Assembly: GCA_021734405.1 (NCBI GenBank)
Contig: JAIPJA010000003.1
Coordinates: forward strand, 1 to 58,454
Direction of reading: 5' to 3'
DNA length: 58,454 nucleotides
Source of the DNA: Minisyncoccota bacterium
GTDB taxonomy: Bacteria > Patescibacteriota > Patescibacteriia > Patescibacteriales > UBA12465
Positions 35,325-45,227 of the stretch are shown here, one piece after another. Each line of letters starts with the position of its first letter. Positions within the stretch are counted from its first letter, which is position 1. The position numbers were made by a program, and so were the translations under genes. The notes under the pieces are model-generated. The model did not search any database, was not told the origin of the DNA, and saw nothing but the letters and a program-made list of their open reading frames with translations.

Positions 35325-38300
35325 TTATTCTGCTTGACAACTTTCTAAAATTTGCATTCTTAAATTAGAAAAATTTATAGTCCCATTACCATTAGTAAAA
35401 CTAGCTGTAAAAGGCACGTAACTTGGAGAGCATTGCGCGCTTTCCGGATCACAAGAAACATTATTTAAAAATATTTGTTGATTTAAATAGTTAGACTCAC
35501 CTTCTTCTAATAAAATAGGATCTAACAACTCTCCATTTATCTCTATTTCCAACTCATTATCTGACGGCTCCCTAGATATATCTTCAACTATATTATCATA
35601 AGCACTGGAAACCCCTGTAGTTGATAAAAATGTATAATTAGCGCCAACGCAACCGCTTGTAATATCGCAACCAGCACAATCATACGGAATATCATCATTA
35701 GACCAAAAACACATCCTCTGTAACAAATTATTTTTAGGGTCGTCAGAAAAATAAATAGAATATACAAAAGCTTCATCGTTTATGTAACTAGTGCTTGTGC
35801 GAATAGTATTTTTTACATAAGCCCAAGGATCATCCCCAGTAGGATTGCCATCACTTAATAATATATAAAATTTAAAGGGATCATCATTTTCAGCACTTAA
35901 CATCTCATGAGCAGCCATTAAAGCATTTTTAGTTTCAGTTGCACTTCCTATATCATCATAAAACGATATAATGTTTACTAAATTAGAATAATCGCCATTA
36001 TTATGCAAGTCTATTATATCATCAGAATTTACAACATCACCAAAATCAACCAGGCCCACCCTTATATTGTTACTTTCATCAGCTATTTGCTTTAAATCAT
36101 GCATTACACTACCAGGTAATGCTTCATTCACATCAACATCTGTAGTTCCTATTAAAGATTGTCTCACATCATCTATACGTTCATTCATACTTCCCGAAAC
36201 ATCAGTAATAAAAACAATAGAAGTAGGCTCTATCGTCAACTCAACCTCAGTTAAGATATCAATAAAAACTGAGTCTGGTTTAAAGCTAACTGCCTCAGGC
36301 ATAGAAATATAAGCGGTCTCCCCTGGCCCGCCTTGCCATGCTAAAGTAATATTTTCTTGATAATCTAATGAACCTTCTTGAGTAGTAAAATAAACAGGAG
36401 TGGTAGTTTCAGGATATTGAAAATCCCACTTACAAAAATTACAACAATTATTATTTACCCCAAAATCACATTCTTCCATGTAGTCATCTTGTAACAAAGA
36501 ATCTCCGCACATACCACCGGTATACGTACAAGTTCCTGCTTGTACAGGCTTAGAGGTAGAACTATTAGTAGTGCAAGCATAAGGCTTTTTTTCTTCATAA
36601 CTAACCTGGGGGTCACAACCTCCATCACAAGCAGTCTCAGCAAGTCCATCGCATTCCTCATAGCCATCACCAAAAGGTCCGCCAGCCAACTCTCCGTTAG
36701 GAAAATTAAAATAACCATCTCCGCAAAAAGAATTAGCCCTAAATTCAAAAGAACTCTCGCTAGAAACTCCTGAAGTATTTATAGCCTCAACAGTTATTTT
36801 AAACTTTGCATAATCATCCAAACTACTTACTTGATAATTTGGTGGCTCTCCAAAATGAGTATTATAATCTAAAAATCCAGACAAAAAACTGCTAGAAGAA
36901 TTGAAATTAAAATTAAGTGGTAAATTTTTTGGCGGATTTAACGTATAAGGCACATAGTTAGTTCCGCTTAAATATTCTGTACTAAAAGCTATATCAGCAA
37001 CTTCCTCAGGATCTTCTAAGGTTATAAAACACTCAAACTTTTCCTCTCCAGCCCTAATCTCATCAGGACAATTAAAATTAAAAATTGGGTTACCATTTAT
37101 AATATTTATTAAAAAAGTCTTGTTAGCAGAGTTACCTGATGCGTCTTCAACATTTAAAGTAAAAGATATAGTATCTGGCTCAGGATCACTTAAGGCAGCT
37201 TGTACGTCCGCACTATCCAACAAACCATTAATATTTAAACGATATTGGTTACTGGCCACATAAACCATTCCAACTGTTAGCCCATTCCCTATGTTTAGAT
37301 CGCCAACACTAGCATTACCAATGTTTGGAGTAAACCCTGTCGGATAATTGACAATTAAATTCCAATTATTTGTATTAGTTAAATTATTAAAATTATTATC
37401 AAATAAATAAACATTATAATCTAAGGGTGTAACTCCGTCATAATAATAATCAATATTTTGAGCTTGTATTTGTGGAGATTCATCTCCTATAGTAATAGTT
37501 AAGGTTTCTTCTAAATCATCAGTTGAAGGCAGATTATCAGCAACTGAAAAATTAAAAATATATTGTCCTACTGCACCAGCTTTAGGGTTTTGAATAAGTC
37601 TTTTATTGGGATTATTAGTAGGAACTAGTTTTAAAATTGGATCTGGGTCAGGATCTGTCCAGCCCTCATTAGTAAAATCAGTTTCCGTTAAATTAATATT
37701 CCAATTTGATAAAATCCTGCCATCTGGATTATTAATTTCTATAACGCCATTAAAGGGTAACTGGCTTTGTCCGTTTAAATTATATGACTTTATAGTTATT
37801 GGATCTTTAACAAAACTTAAACCATAACCAACCATGCCCTCGCAATTAGCATTACTAATAGATATACCTTCTGTGTCATCAAATTCAAACTTACTTGCTG
37901 TTTCTAAGGTTGCGCAAAGATTATATTCAGAACCATAATTTTCACTACGATAAGCGTAAACAAAACTGTTTAAAGGTAAGTTGATTTCATTACTTAAATC
38001 ATTATCATAAAATTTTAATTTTTCTTCGTCCCAACAAGTATCCAGATTATAATTATAGACTCCAGTTTCATCAATGCAGGGCCCAAAAATATTAATAGGA
38101 TCTATCATTTTAGAACTAAACCCTAAAGCAGAGCCTAAAACATTATTCCAGCTAGGCCAAGTAGAAAAAGTGGTATTTTGTATATAACTACCAGCCGATA
38201 AAACTGGATAAACTCCAAATTGATTTTTGTATCTTTCCAAATAAGCAGTAAAGTCTGTTAATCTACCTACCCTAATAACGTCTCTGGTAATTCTAGCTTT

Positions 38301-38903
38301 AACACTTGAACAGAAAAAGCCTTTAGTGCAATCTGAGTCTATTAAACAATTTTTAGTATTAGGTAAATTAGCATCACTCTCTTCTATTACACATTTATTA
38401 TTTTGAAACTCTAAACCAACAACTCCTTCGTTGCCACAAACAAAACCCGCGGGACAATCAGAATCCTCACGACAAACGAGAGTGGATAAGGAGCATTTAC
38501 CTGGGTCATTATTAATATTATAATTAAACTTCCAATGAGAAATTATTTGCCCTAAAACATCCATAGTAGAATTATTTGATTCTTGGTTATAGGAAATTAA
38601 ATAAATATTAGTGTAAATAATATCTTTACTAGGGTCAAGTTTGTCTAGTATGTTAGCTGCTGCCACATAAACTGTTCTTCCATCTCTTATAGCTTCATAT
38701 CCGTCCACAATTAAGCTCTGAGGTGAACCAGAAAAGCCCTGCATTCTATACCAAGTTTCAATGCCATAGTGATTGGGGTTAGGCAAAACCCTAATAGCAA
38801 TAGCATCGGAGACTAAACTGTCTTCAGCTGAAGAAAAATTAAAAGCAAAAAATATAAGCAAAAAACTTAAAAGCAAAATTAATTTATTAAAATTAGTTTT
38901 CAT
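35325..38903 (-). CDS. giant secreted multidomain protein (1192 aa): Cys knots, pilin-head-like motif, Ig/cadherin-like repeats, CGDG...ECD cysteine-rich repeats, vWA-MIDAS domain
   Basis: Signal peptide ending ...FNFSSA. ARITRDVIRVGRLTDFTAYLERYKNQFGVYP at aa 203-233. FCGDGYF...YEECDG and MCGDSLLQDDYMEECD. vWA motifs IVFITDVSGSM ... GSATET ... LLSDG. Confidence 0.85.
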   Translation of the reverse strand: MKTNFNKLILLLSFLLIFFAFNFSSAEDSLVSDAIAIRVLPNPNHYGIETWYRMQGFSGSPQSLIVDGYEAIRDGRTVYVAAANILDKLDPSKDIIYTNIYLISYNQESNNSTMDVLGQIISHWKFNYNINNDPGKCSLSTLVCREDSDCPAGFVCGNEGVVGLEFQNNKCVIEESDANLPNTKNCLIDSDCTKGFFCSSVKARITRDVIRVGRLTDFTAYLERYKNQFGVYPVLSAGSYIQNTTFSTWPSWNNVLGSALGFSSKMIDPINIFGPCIDETGVYNYNLDTCWDEEKLKFYDNDLSNEINLPLNSFVYAYRSENYGSEYNLCATLETASKFEFDDTEGISISNANCEGMVGYGLSFVKDPITIKSYNLNGQSQLPFNGVIEINNPDGRILSNWNINLTETDFTNEGWTDPDPDPILKLVPTNNPNKRLIQNPKAGAVGQYIFNFSVADNLPSTDDLEETLTITIGDESPQIQAQNIDYYYDGVTPLDYNVYLFDNNFNNLTNTNNWNLIVNYPTGFTPNIGNASVGDLNIGNGLTVGMVYVASNQYRLNINGLLDSADVQAALSDPEPDTISFTLNVEDASGNSANKTFLINIINGNPIFNFNCPDEIRAGEEKFECFITLEDPEEVADIAFSTEYLSGTNYVPYTLNPPKNLPLNFNFNSSSSFLSGFLDYNTHFGEPPNYQVSSLDDYAKFKITVEAINTSGVSSESSFEFRANSFCGDGYFNFPNGELAGGPFGDGYEECDGLAETACDGGCDPQVSYEEKKPYACTTNSSTSKPVQAGTCTYTGGMCGDSLLQDDYMEECDFGVNNNCCNFCKWDFQYPETTTPVYFTTQEGSLDYQENITLAWQGGPGETAYISMPEAVSFKPDSVFIDILTEVELTIEPTSIVFITDVSGSMNERIDDVRQSLIGTTDVDVNEALPGSVMHDLKQIADESNNIRVGLVDFGDVVNSDDIIDLHNNGDYSNLVNIISFYDDIGSATETKNALMAAHEMLSAENDDPFKFYILLSDGNPTGDDPWAYVKNTIRTSTSYINDEAFVYSIYFSDDPKNNLLQRMCFWSNDDIPYDCAGCDITSGCVGANYTFLSTTGVSSAYDNIVEDISREPSDNELEIEINGELLDPILLEEGESNYLNQQIFLNNVSCDPESAQCSPSYVPFTASFTNGNGTINFSNLRMQILESCQAE

Positions 38904-38958
38904 TTTTTTAAATTATAGATTTAATAATCTAAACATATTATATCATCTAAGCATTAAG

Positions 38959-39666
38959 TTATAAAGCTTGATCATTTATCTGACAAGCTCCATACTGACA
39001 ACTTTCATTACAATACTTTTTACCTAATAAATTACCTTCATTACAATATATAAAACTATCAACTTTAGCGTTTGGATCACACTTTTCATTACCGTTTACA
39101 AGACCATCTCCGCAAGACTCTATCGGCAAACAATCAATTTCCCAACCATAACAATCATTTAAACAAGATTTTACTCCTTTATAAGCTCCACTAAAACAAA
39201 GCTGATAGCCACCATCGCACACCTCTAATTCTGCTTGTTCCCATAAACCGTTACCACAAGTTCCTGCCAAATCAGGGTCTAAATTAATCACCAATTCTTC
39301 ACTATAATTACTTTCATTTCCATAAGCGTCAACAGCGCTTAAAACAAAATAATGTATATAACTATTAAAATTAGTGGTAGATAGAGCTAAGCTGGTAACT
39401 TTACCATTAGTTTTTATACTTTCCCCGTATACACCAGAATTAACTCCATGATAAAGAGTATAATAAGAGACGTCATCTATAACCTCATCCCACTTAAAAA
39501 TAATTTCATCTCCCATGGCAGCTAATACTGCCTGTAAAGATAAATTTTTAAATCCAGAATTAACTAAATTATCTCTATTTACGTTATTATGTTTAAATAA
39601 AAAAATACTTGCAGAAACTAAAAATATAATAGCTATAGTAAAAATAAATAAAAAACTTTTTTTCAT
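38959..39666 (-). CDS. secreted or anchored FN3-like domain plus CGxG...C(D) cysteine-rich repeat protein
   Basis: N-terminal hydrophobic anchor, an FN3-like beta segment (KWDEV...YYTLYHG...SAVDAYGNES), then CGNGLWEQAELEVCDGG and CGDGLVNGNEKCDPN. Confidence 0.8.
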   Translation of the reverse strand: MKKSFLFIFTIAIIFLVSASIFLFKHNNVNRDNLVNSGFKNLSLQAVLAAMGDEIIFKWDEVIDDVSYYTLYHGVNSGVYGESIKTNGKVTSLALSTTNFNSYIHYFVLSAVDAYGNESNYSEELVINLDPDLAGTCGNGLWEQAELEVCDGGYQLCFSGAYKGVKSCLNDCYGWEIDCLPIESCGDGLVNGNEKCDPNAKVDSFIYCNEGNLLGKKYCNESCQYGACQINDQAL

Positions 39667-39673
39667 ATATAGA

Positions 39674-42600
39674 CTAATAAATAATTACACCAAGAGGAGT
39701 AGCTGGAGCGGTAGCGTCACTAGGCTCGCCAATAAGTTGATTAGAAAGCTGGCTTTCTACATTATTTTCATTAACAGATGAAATTCTAAAATAATAAGGA
39801 TTATTATTTTGTAAATCATGCAAAACTCTTTGACAATGATAATTGCCGCCAATAGTTATACAAGCTACTGGGTTAGGCACAATATCAGGATCTAAAGGAT
39901 CGCTTGGATAAACTTCAAAATTAGAAAAATTACTATCTTGAGCTTTTCTATAATACACTTTATATCTATTAGCCATATTTACTGGGGATTGCCAATATAG
40001 TTTTAAACTACCACCAGTTTCTAAATCTTCTACTTGAGCAAATTGAACTTGTGATGGTTTTTCAGCTCTAAAAAAATAATAATCTTTCAAAACTCCAGGG
40101 ACACAAGTGTTGTTGCTAAAATCTCCAAGACAATCTGCTGGAGCTTCACAATAATTACCAGTAATACTACAAGTATTTGCTTGACAGGTGTTGCTAACTG
40201 GGCAAGCAGGAGGCCCACAATATTCTCCAGTTATACTACAAATATTACTCAAGCCTCTTATTCTTACGTCTTCCAAATCTTCAGATAAAGCTGGTAAGTC
40301 ATCAAAAGTTCCTGGCTCTCCAGCGTCACGACAATAATATAGTGTATAATTAAAATTTTTACAGAAATCAGGATCATTATTAAAATCACAATTAACATCA
40401 GCATCAGACCAAGGCATCCAAGCATGAGTTATTGGATTAGGTGAAGGCCAAGGGTTTTGGCAAGCAAAAACATACAACGGTACTGTGTGTGACATATCAT
40501 CAGATGGTATAACATTATTAATTTCATCAAAATCTATAGTAGCAGTAATTTTAGTGTTACCTTCTTGTAAATCAAGTGTCACCTTAACTAAACGACTGTT
40601 ATCAGGACAATTATTAGGCTGACTTATATTAGCAATATTTATATCCTCTACAGACCAATCCCAACTCCAGTCATAGACATTAGCGATAGGTTGTAACACT
40701 TGACCACTAATACTATAAGCATTTACATTGTAAGACTTATCTCTGTCATAAAAATTATCATAAGTATCTGAATTAAAATCATTATCATCCTCAAAAATGT
40801 TATCTTGAGTATTTTGGAATAAATAATCATCTGGCCTTACTCTAATATAATTAACTTCACATAAACCATCATTATTACCCTGTTCAGATAAAGTTTTAAA
40901 TGTCCAAATATATGAATTAACAAAAGTAGTGCTATTAAACATAATATCTCCACCTGGTATATAATCATTGGTAAGTGGATCCTCTAAATAACCTTCACCA
41001 TTTAAACCAATTCCTTCAACGCTTAAAACTCCGCTAGAACTATTTAAATCCTTGTCACCTTTAACTATTCCATAATACACAGCATTAGAAGCCAAAACAT
41101 TGTTGGGTATAAAAACTAAGACTGAATTTCCATTATCAATTTTTCTAGAAACACTTCCTGGCACCTGACAATAAATATAATTTTCAGGCTGAGGGATTGG
41201 ATGAGCTGAAAAAGCTGTGTCTGTTTTTCTTAAACCTAAAGAGCTTAAAGTTGAATTAAAAATTCTAGCAACAGGTCTAGTAATTTTTTGCCACCATTTT
41301 TCTTTATAATTATAATCCAAGTTAACTAAAAAAGTTCCTGAAGGACAAACCTTATTTTGGTCCAACTCTTGCAATAAGATAAAGTTATTAAAGAAACTAC
41401 TCGCCTTCATGTTTTGATTAAAGGGAACTTCTAATACAGCATTTCTACAAACATTTGACTCGCCATGACTTGGCTTAACTTGATCTTCCACAACTTGAGG
41501 TCTAGCATGACAACAAGTATCAAGGCCACAACCAATATTACTACTATCACCACACTCACTATCATTACTACAACCACAACAAAGACCTCTATTTTCAGTA
41601 GTGCAATTACCTTTGTTAGCTACACAATTCAAGTTATCTCCTATATTCTTACAAACATCATCTTCTGGGTCAGCTTTAGGATCGCAACAACAAACACCGC
41701 AATCACCACCAACCACAGCCTGAGCTAAATCGCCCCTATTATCTAAGCAATTGAAAGGGTTAGAGCAAAGACTAAGATCACAAGCGCCACTATAGTCATC
41801 TACACAAGCATTACCAAAACCACCTGGTGGTCCACTGCCTTCACAATTATCATTACAGTCTGTCCAAGTTTCATACTCTCCAGAAGTTAAAGGATTGGAA
41901 GGATTAGTGCAAGCTCCAGTTACATCATTACAATCATAGTAATCACAATAACCCAAATTAGGCTCTGAAGTAATTCTAGCGCCAGCTGAGCAACTAGCAT
42001 CATTCTCGTCCCAGCAACAACTCCCATCATCTATACACTCATTCTCATCGCCATAAGTTGAACACTGACCACAAGCTTCTTCACAAGTTTCAAAAGTTCT
42101 ATAATCACCAGTTTCCTCAGGTCCAGAGCATGATCCTGACGCGTCATCACAATCATAATAAGAACAATATCCATTTGAATCTACTCCACTTCCTCCTCTG
42201 CAAATATCTTCTGCTTTATCCCAACAACAAGTAGTTTCATGTTCTGTACAACTATCTTCAGATAATTTAGCACAATCTAAACAAGCGCCATTCGGATAAG
42301 GAGGATTAGTAATATCACAATATTTTCCAGAAGTATTTAAACAATTACAGGCAGCGTCTCTTACATTAGGATCATTAGAAATATTACAACCTGAACAAAC
42401 ACCAAAACCTTCATCATCAGTAGCGTCATCATCAGAGCCACAAGTGCCAGTGCAATCTAAGGTATCACAACAGTCTTGACCTTGTAGTTCTACACGACAA
42501 CAACAATCACAAGAAGCATTATCTTCATATATACACTTATCCTCTGCGCCGTTATTAGTACAACTAGAACCAGAAGGACAAAGTTTATCTGATAAACAAA

Positions 42601-45178
42601 TACCTTGTCCGCCTCCATCATCAAAACAATTAAAATTTACACTGCATAGCTCACAAGTGCTGTTCTCATCTACACAAATTCCATTACCTTTATTAGTCCA
42701 ACCATCAGGACAAGAAGTATTAACTTGCATTTGCCAGTGACCATTATTATTACAAACCCTGTCTGCATAAAAAGTCTGCACAGGGTTAGGAGCTTCTCCT
42801 AAAGTATAGGCTACATTTGTTTGTGGCAAATCACAGACTCCTCCATTTTGTTGACACTTATCTTTATCAACTAAATATGTGCAATTTTCTCCACAACCTA
42901 AAACATCAGAACAATCAAGATTACAATCTCCTACAATCTGCTGTTCTCCGCCTTCATAAGGAGAACATTGCCCTGGAGCATTAGGACAGAAAGTTGATTC
43001 CTGGCAAGCGCCTAAAGCTCTGGCCATACCTAAACAACTGTCATAAGTATTAATGTTTTCCCAAACAGTATTAAAATTCCATTGAAAAACTGAACTAGGA
43101 ATATCAGAAAAACAATTTTCATACATATCATTAGCTGGTCCCTCCTCTACGCAACGCCCACTTTCTGAAGAACTAGAAGGACAACAAACATCAGCTCCGC
43201 AATCAGCATTTTTTTCACATTCTCCTACCTCAAAATTTAAACTATTGCCAGTCTCGTTATTAGTTAAATTTTCTACTTTTACTGGACCACTAACTACCTC
43301 TGGATCAGTGTCAGGGACAATAGTACTTAATTTTTGAGCATCAATCTCAGTTTCTATTTCTGCTTGATTAGAATTAGTAGTATTGCCAGAAGCTGTAAAA
43401 ATAATTTCTGCATTCTCCCCAGTAGTGCCAAAATACTCACCCCACAGAGACACTGAACTATTGTGAGGGCCTAATTTAGGACTAATTTTACATAAACTTG
43501 GTTTTAAATTTAGATCATTATCAACCTCAAACTGTTGTGAGCTTTGAATTTCCCAGGAACCAATTTCCATGTTTATATATTCAAAGCCATCTACAACATT
43601 ATTTGGCACTTTAACTATCACCATATTATCACTCCAAACTGAATCAGCGCATACATCAGGAAAATCATAGCTAGCTTCAATATCGCCAAAATAAACACTA
43701 CTAGATCCTTGGCTATTACCAAAACCTGAACCATAAATAGTAACATACTGACCAACCGGACCCTCAGTATCAAAAAAACTAGAAATATATGGACCTAAGT
43801 CTTCTTCTGTTTCTTTGACAAAATCTAAAAAATTACTTTTTACATCTATGCCGGCAAAAACTTTAGTAGCAAAAGAACTAGTTTCCCCATTAGAAATATT
43901 AGGGAGATCGGTGCTACCGACCTTACCGTCGGGATCTATAAATACATTATTAAAACCTGAAACATTGGTATTATAATTACCAAAATAAGCTCTAGCGTTA
44001 TTTAAATTTAAACCAGAATAATTTATAGTCGCTAAAGCTTGAGCACTGTCAGGAGTTAAACTACAAAGACCTGGTCTAGTAATAGTGTTTTTAACAAAAT
44101 CTTCTATAACAGGACCCAAGGTATTATTAGTGTTATCGCTTTTACCGTCTTCATTTGTGACTGTAATTACTCCTGAATTAGCAAATTCAGGTACAGCTAC
44201 TATTATAAGGTTATTGTTAGAAACTCCAGCACAGTCTGCGTTTAAACTAGCCGGATCAACACCGTCAACTCCTCCATTAAACGTTACAGTAGAACTGGAA
44301 AAGTTGTGTCCATGAATACTAATTAAATTAGAGGTGGCTCCATTAGGAGTAATATCATCGCAAACACCACTCTCACAATCAATGCCTGTTTTACAAGGCG
44401 TATTTTCATCATCTTTACAAAAGCCCCCAAAAGGACTAATAGCGGTTATAACCGGTGAACCCTGGCAAGTACAATCAGCGTCAGCATCACAAGTTAAATA
44501 CTCTCCACACATATTATCACTAGCATCACAAACATCTGGTGTACTTAAATCACCATCACAAGGATCGCCAATGTTGCCGGTCTGCTCACAAAAACAATCG
44601 GTATTACAGAAATAGTTAGGAGCACAATATGTATCATCTTGGTCACAGACAGGAGTTAAAGAGTTGCCATCACAACTAGTAACTGGAGTGGTGCAATTTG
44701 AAGGATTAGTAATATCCCAAGTACAGTCATCCTGGCAGGTTTTTTCACCACCACAACCAAAGGTCTGTGTAGTTCCTTCGATACAGCAAGTAGTGGTCGT
44801 AGTTCCTACCCCCGTAGCATTTAAAAGTTGATTTATAACAAAAGTGGCTATTCCCCAAGAAGCTAAAATAATAGCTAAACCAATAACGGCGTTTATAAGT
44901 ATCCTTTTAGCTTTTCTAACATTTTCCTCATCACCATCAGCAGTCATCCATCTAAAACCAGCATAAATAATTAAAACGACTGCTAAAAGCCCTAGAATTG
45001 ACATTAAAATGTTAATAACTCTAGCAGCTACTTCTCTTGGATCATCATCACCTAAAGCAATATTATTACTAACATAATTAGTACCCACATCTAAAGCTAA
45101 AACACTGTTAGTGGCAAAGCCTAAGATTAAAACTGAAAAAAGTATTATAAGGAAAATAGTAAATCTTTTTTTAAACAC
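39674..45178 (-). CDS. giant surface protein (1834 aa): VirB2/TrbC-like two-TM pilin module fused to IPT/TIG repeats, a hyper-Cys-rich core, an Ig-like region and a C-terminal FN3
   Basis: Signal peptide ending ...NSVLA, two TM helices flanking WMTADGDEENVRKAKR, and about 120 Cys by my count. IPT-like segments at aa 240-650 and FN3 at aa 1705-1820. Confidence 0.9.
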   Translation of the reverse strand: MFKKRFTIFLIILFSVLILGFATNSVLALDVGTNYVSNNIALGDDDPREVAARVINILMSILGLLAVVLIIYAGFRWMTADGDEENVRKAKRILINAVIGLAIILASWGIATFVINQLLNATGVGTTTTTCCIEGTTQTFGCGGEKTCQDDCTWDITNPSNCTTPVTSCDGNSLTPVCDQDDTYCAPNYFCNTDCFCEQTGNIGDPCDGDLSTPDVCDASDNMCGEYLTCDADADCTCQGSPVITAISPFGGFCKDDENTPCKTGIDCESGVCDDITPNGATSNLISIHGHNFSSSTVTFNGGVDGVDPASLNADCAGVSNNNLIIVAVPEFANSGVITVTNEDGKSDNTNNTLGPVIEDFVKNTITRPGLCSLTPDSAQALATINYSGLNLNNARAYFGNYNTNVSGFNNVFIDPDGKVGSTDLPNISNGETSSFATKVFAGIDVKSNFLDFVKETEEDLGPYISSFFDTEGPVGQYVTIYGSGFGNSQGSSSVYFGDIEASYDFPDVCADSVWSDNMVIVKVPNNVVDGFEYINMEIGSWEIQSSQQFEVDNDLNLKPSLCKISPKLGPHNSSVSLWGEYFGTTGENAEIIFTASGNTTNSNQAEIETEIDAQKLSTIVPDTDPEVVSGPVKVENLTNNETGNSLNFEVGECEKNADCGADVCCPSSSSESGRCVEEGPANDMYENCFSDIPSSVFQWNFNTVWENINTYDSCLGMARALGACQESTFCPNAPGQCSPYEGGEQQIVGDCNLDCSDVLGCGENCTYLVDKDKCQQNGGVCDLPQTNVAYTLGEAPNPVQTFYADRVCNNNGHWQMQVNTSCPDGWTNKGNGICVDENSTCELCSVNFNCFDDGGGQGICLSDKLCPSGSSCTNNGAEDKCIYEDNASCDCCCRVELQGQDCCDTLDCTGTCGSDDDATDDEGFGVCSGCNISNDPNVRDAACNCLNTSGKYCDITNPPYPNGACLDCAKLSEDSCTEHETTCCWDKAEDICRGGSGVDSNGYCSYYDCDDASGSCSGPEETGDYRTFETCEEACGQCSTYGDENECIDDGSCCWDENDASCSAGARITSEPNLGYCDYYDCNDVTGACTNPSNPLTSGEYETWTDCNDNCEGSGPPGGFGNACVDDYSGACDLSLCSNPFNCLDNRGDLAQAVVGGDCGVCCCDPKADPEDDVCKNIGDNLNCVANKGNCTTENRGLCCGCSNDSECGDSSNIGCGLDTCCHARPQVVEDQVKPSHGESNVCRNAVLEVPFNQNMKASSFFNNFILLQELDQNKVCPSGTFLVNLDYNYKEKWWQKITRPVARIFNSTLSSLGLRKTDTAFSAHPIPQPENYIYCQVPGSVSRKIDNGNSVLVFIPNNVLASNAVYYGIVKGDKDLNSSSGVLSVEGIGLNGEGYLEDPLTNDYIPGGDIMFNSTTFVNSYIWTFKTLSEQGNNDGLCEVNYIRVRPDDYLFQNTQDNIFEDDNDFNSDTYDNFYDRDKSYNVNAYSISGQVLQPIANVYDWSWDWSVEDINIANISQPNNCPDNSRLVKVTLDLQEGNTKITATIDFDEINNVIPSDDMSHTVPLYVFACQNPWPSPNPITHAWMPWSDADVNCDFNNDPDFCKNFNYTLYYCRDAGEPGTFDDLPALSEDLEDVRIRGLSNICSITGEYCGPPACPVSNTCQANTCSITGNYCEAPADCLGDFSNNTCVPGVLKDYYFFRAEKPSQVQFAQVEDLETGGSLKLYWQSPVNMANRYKVYYRKAQDSNFSNFEVYPSDPLDPDIVPNPVACITIGGNYHCQRVLHDLQNNNPYYFRISSVNENNVESQLSNQLIGEPSDATAPATPLGVIIY
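41840..42259 (-). repeat. tandem duplication of a 65-75-aa CCWD cysteine module inside the 1834-aa protein
   Basis: Copy 1 is aa 974-1038: C..H/ETTCCWDKAEDIC...GYCSYYDCDDASGSC...ETCEEAC. Copy 2 is aa 1039-1113: C...GSCCWDENDASC...GYCDYYDCNDVTGAC...TDCNDNC. Confidence 0.75.
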
Positions 45179-45227
45179 AAGCGTATGGTTAAATATTTTA
45201 AATTTTTATTTTTATCTTACTAAACAA

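Noticed and set aside
41465-44615. Plus-strand ORFs 41465-41728, 44085-44315 and 44334-44615 within the 1834-aa gene
   Set aside because: These are shadow frames of the giant gene. The Thr/Ile-rich repeats simply mirror the Cys/Asp/Gly codons on the other strand.
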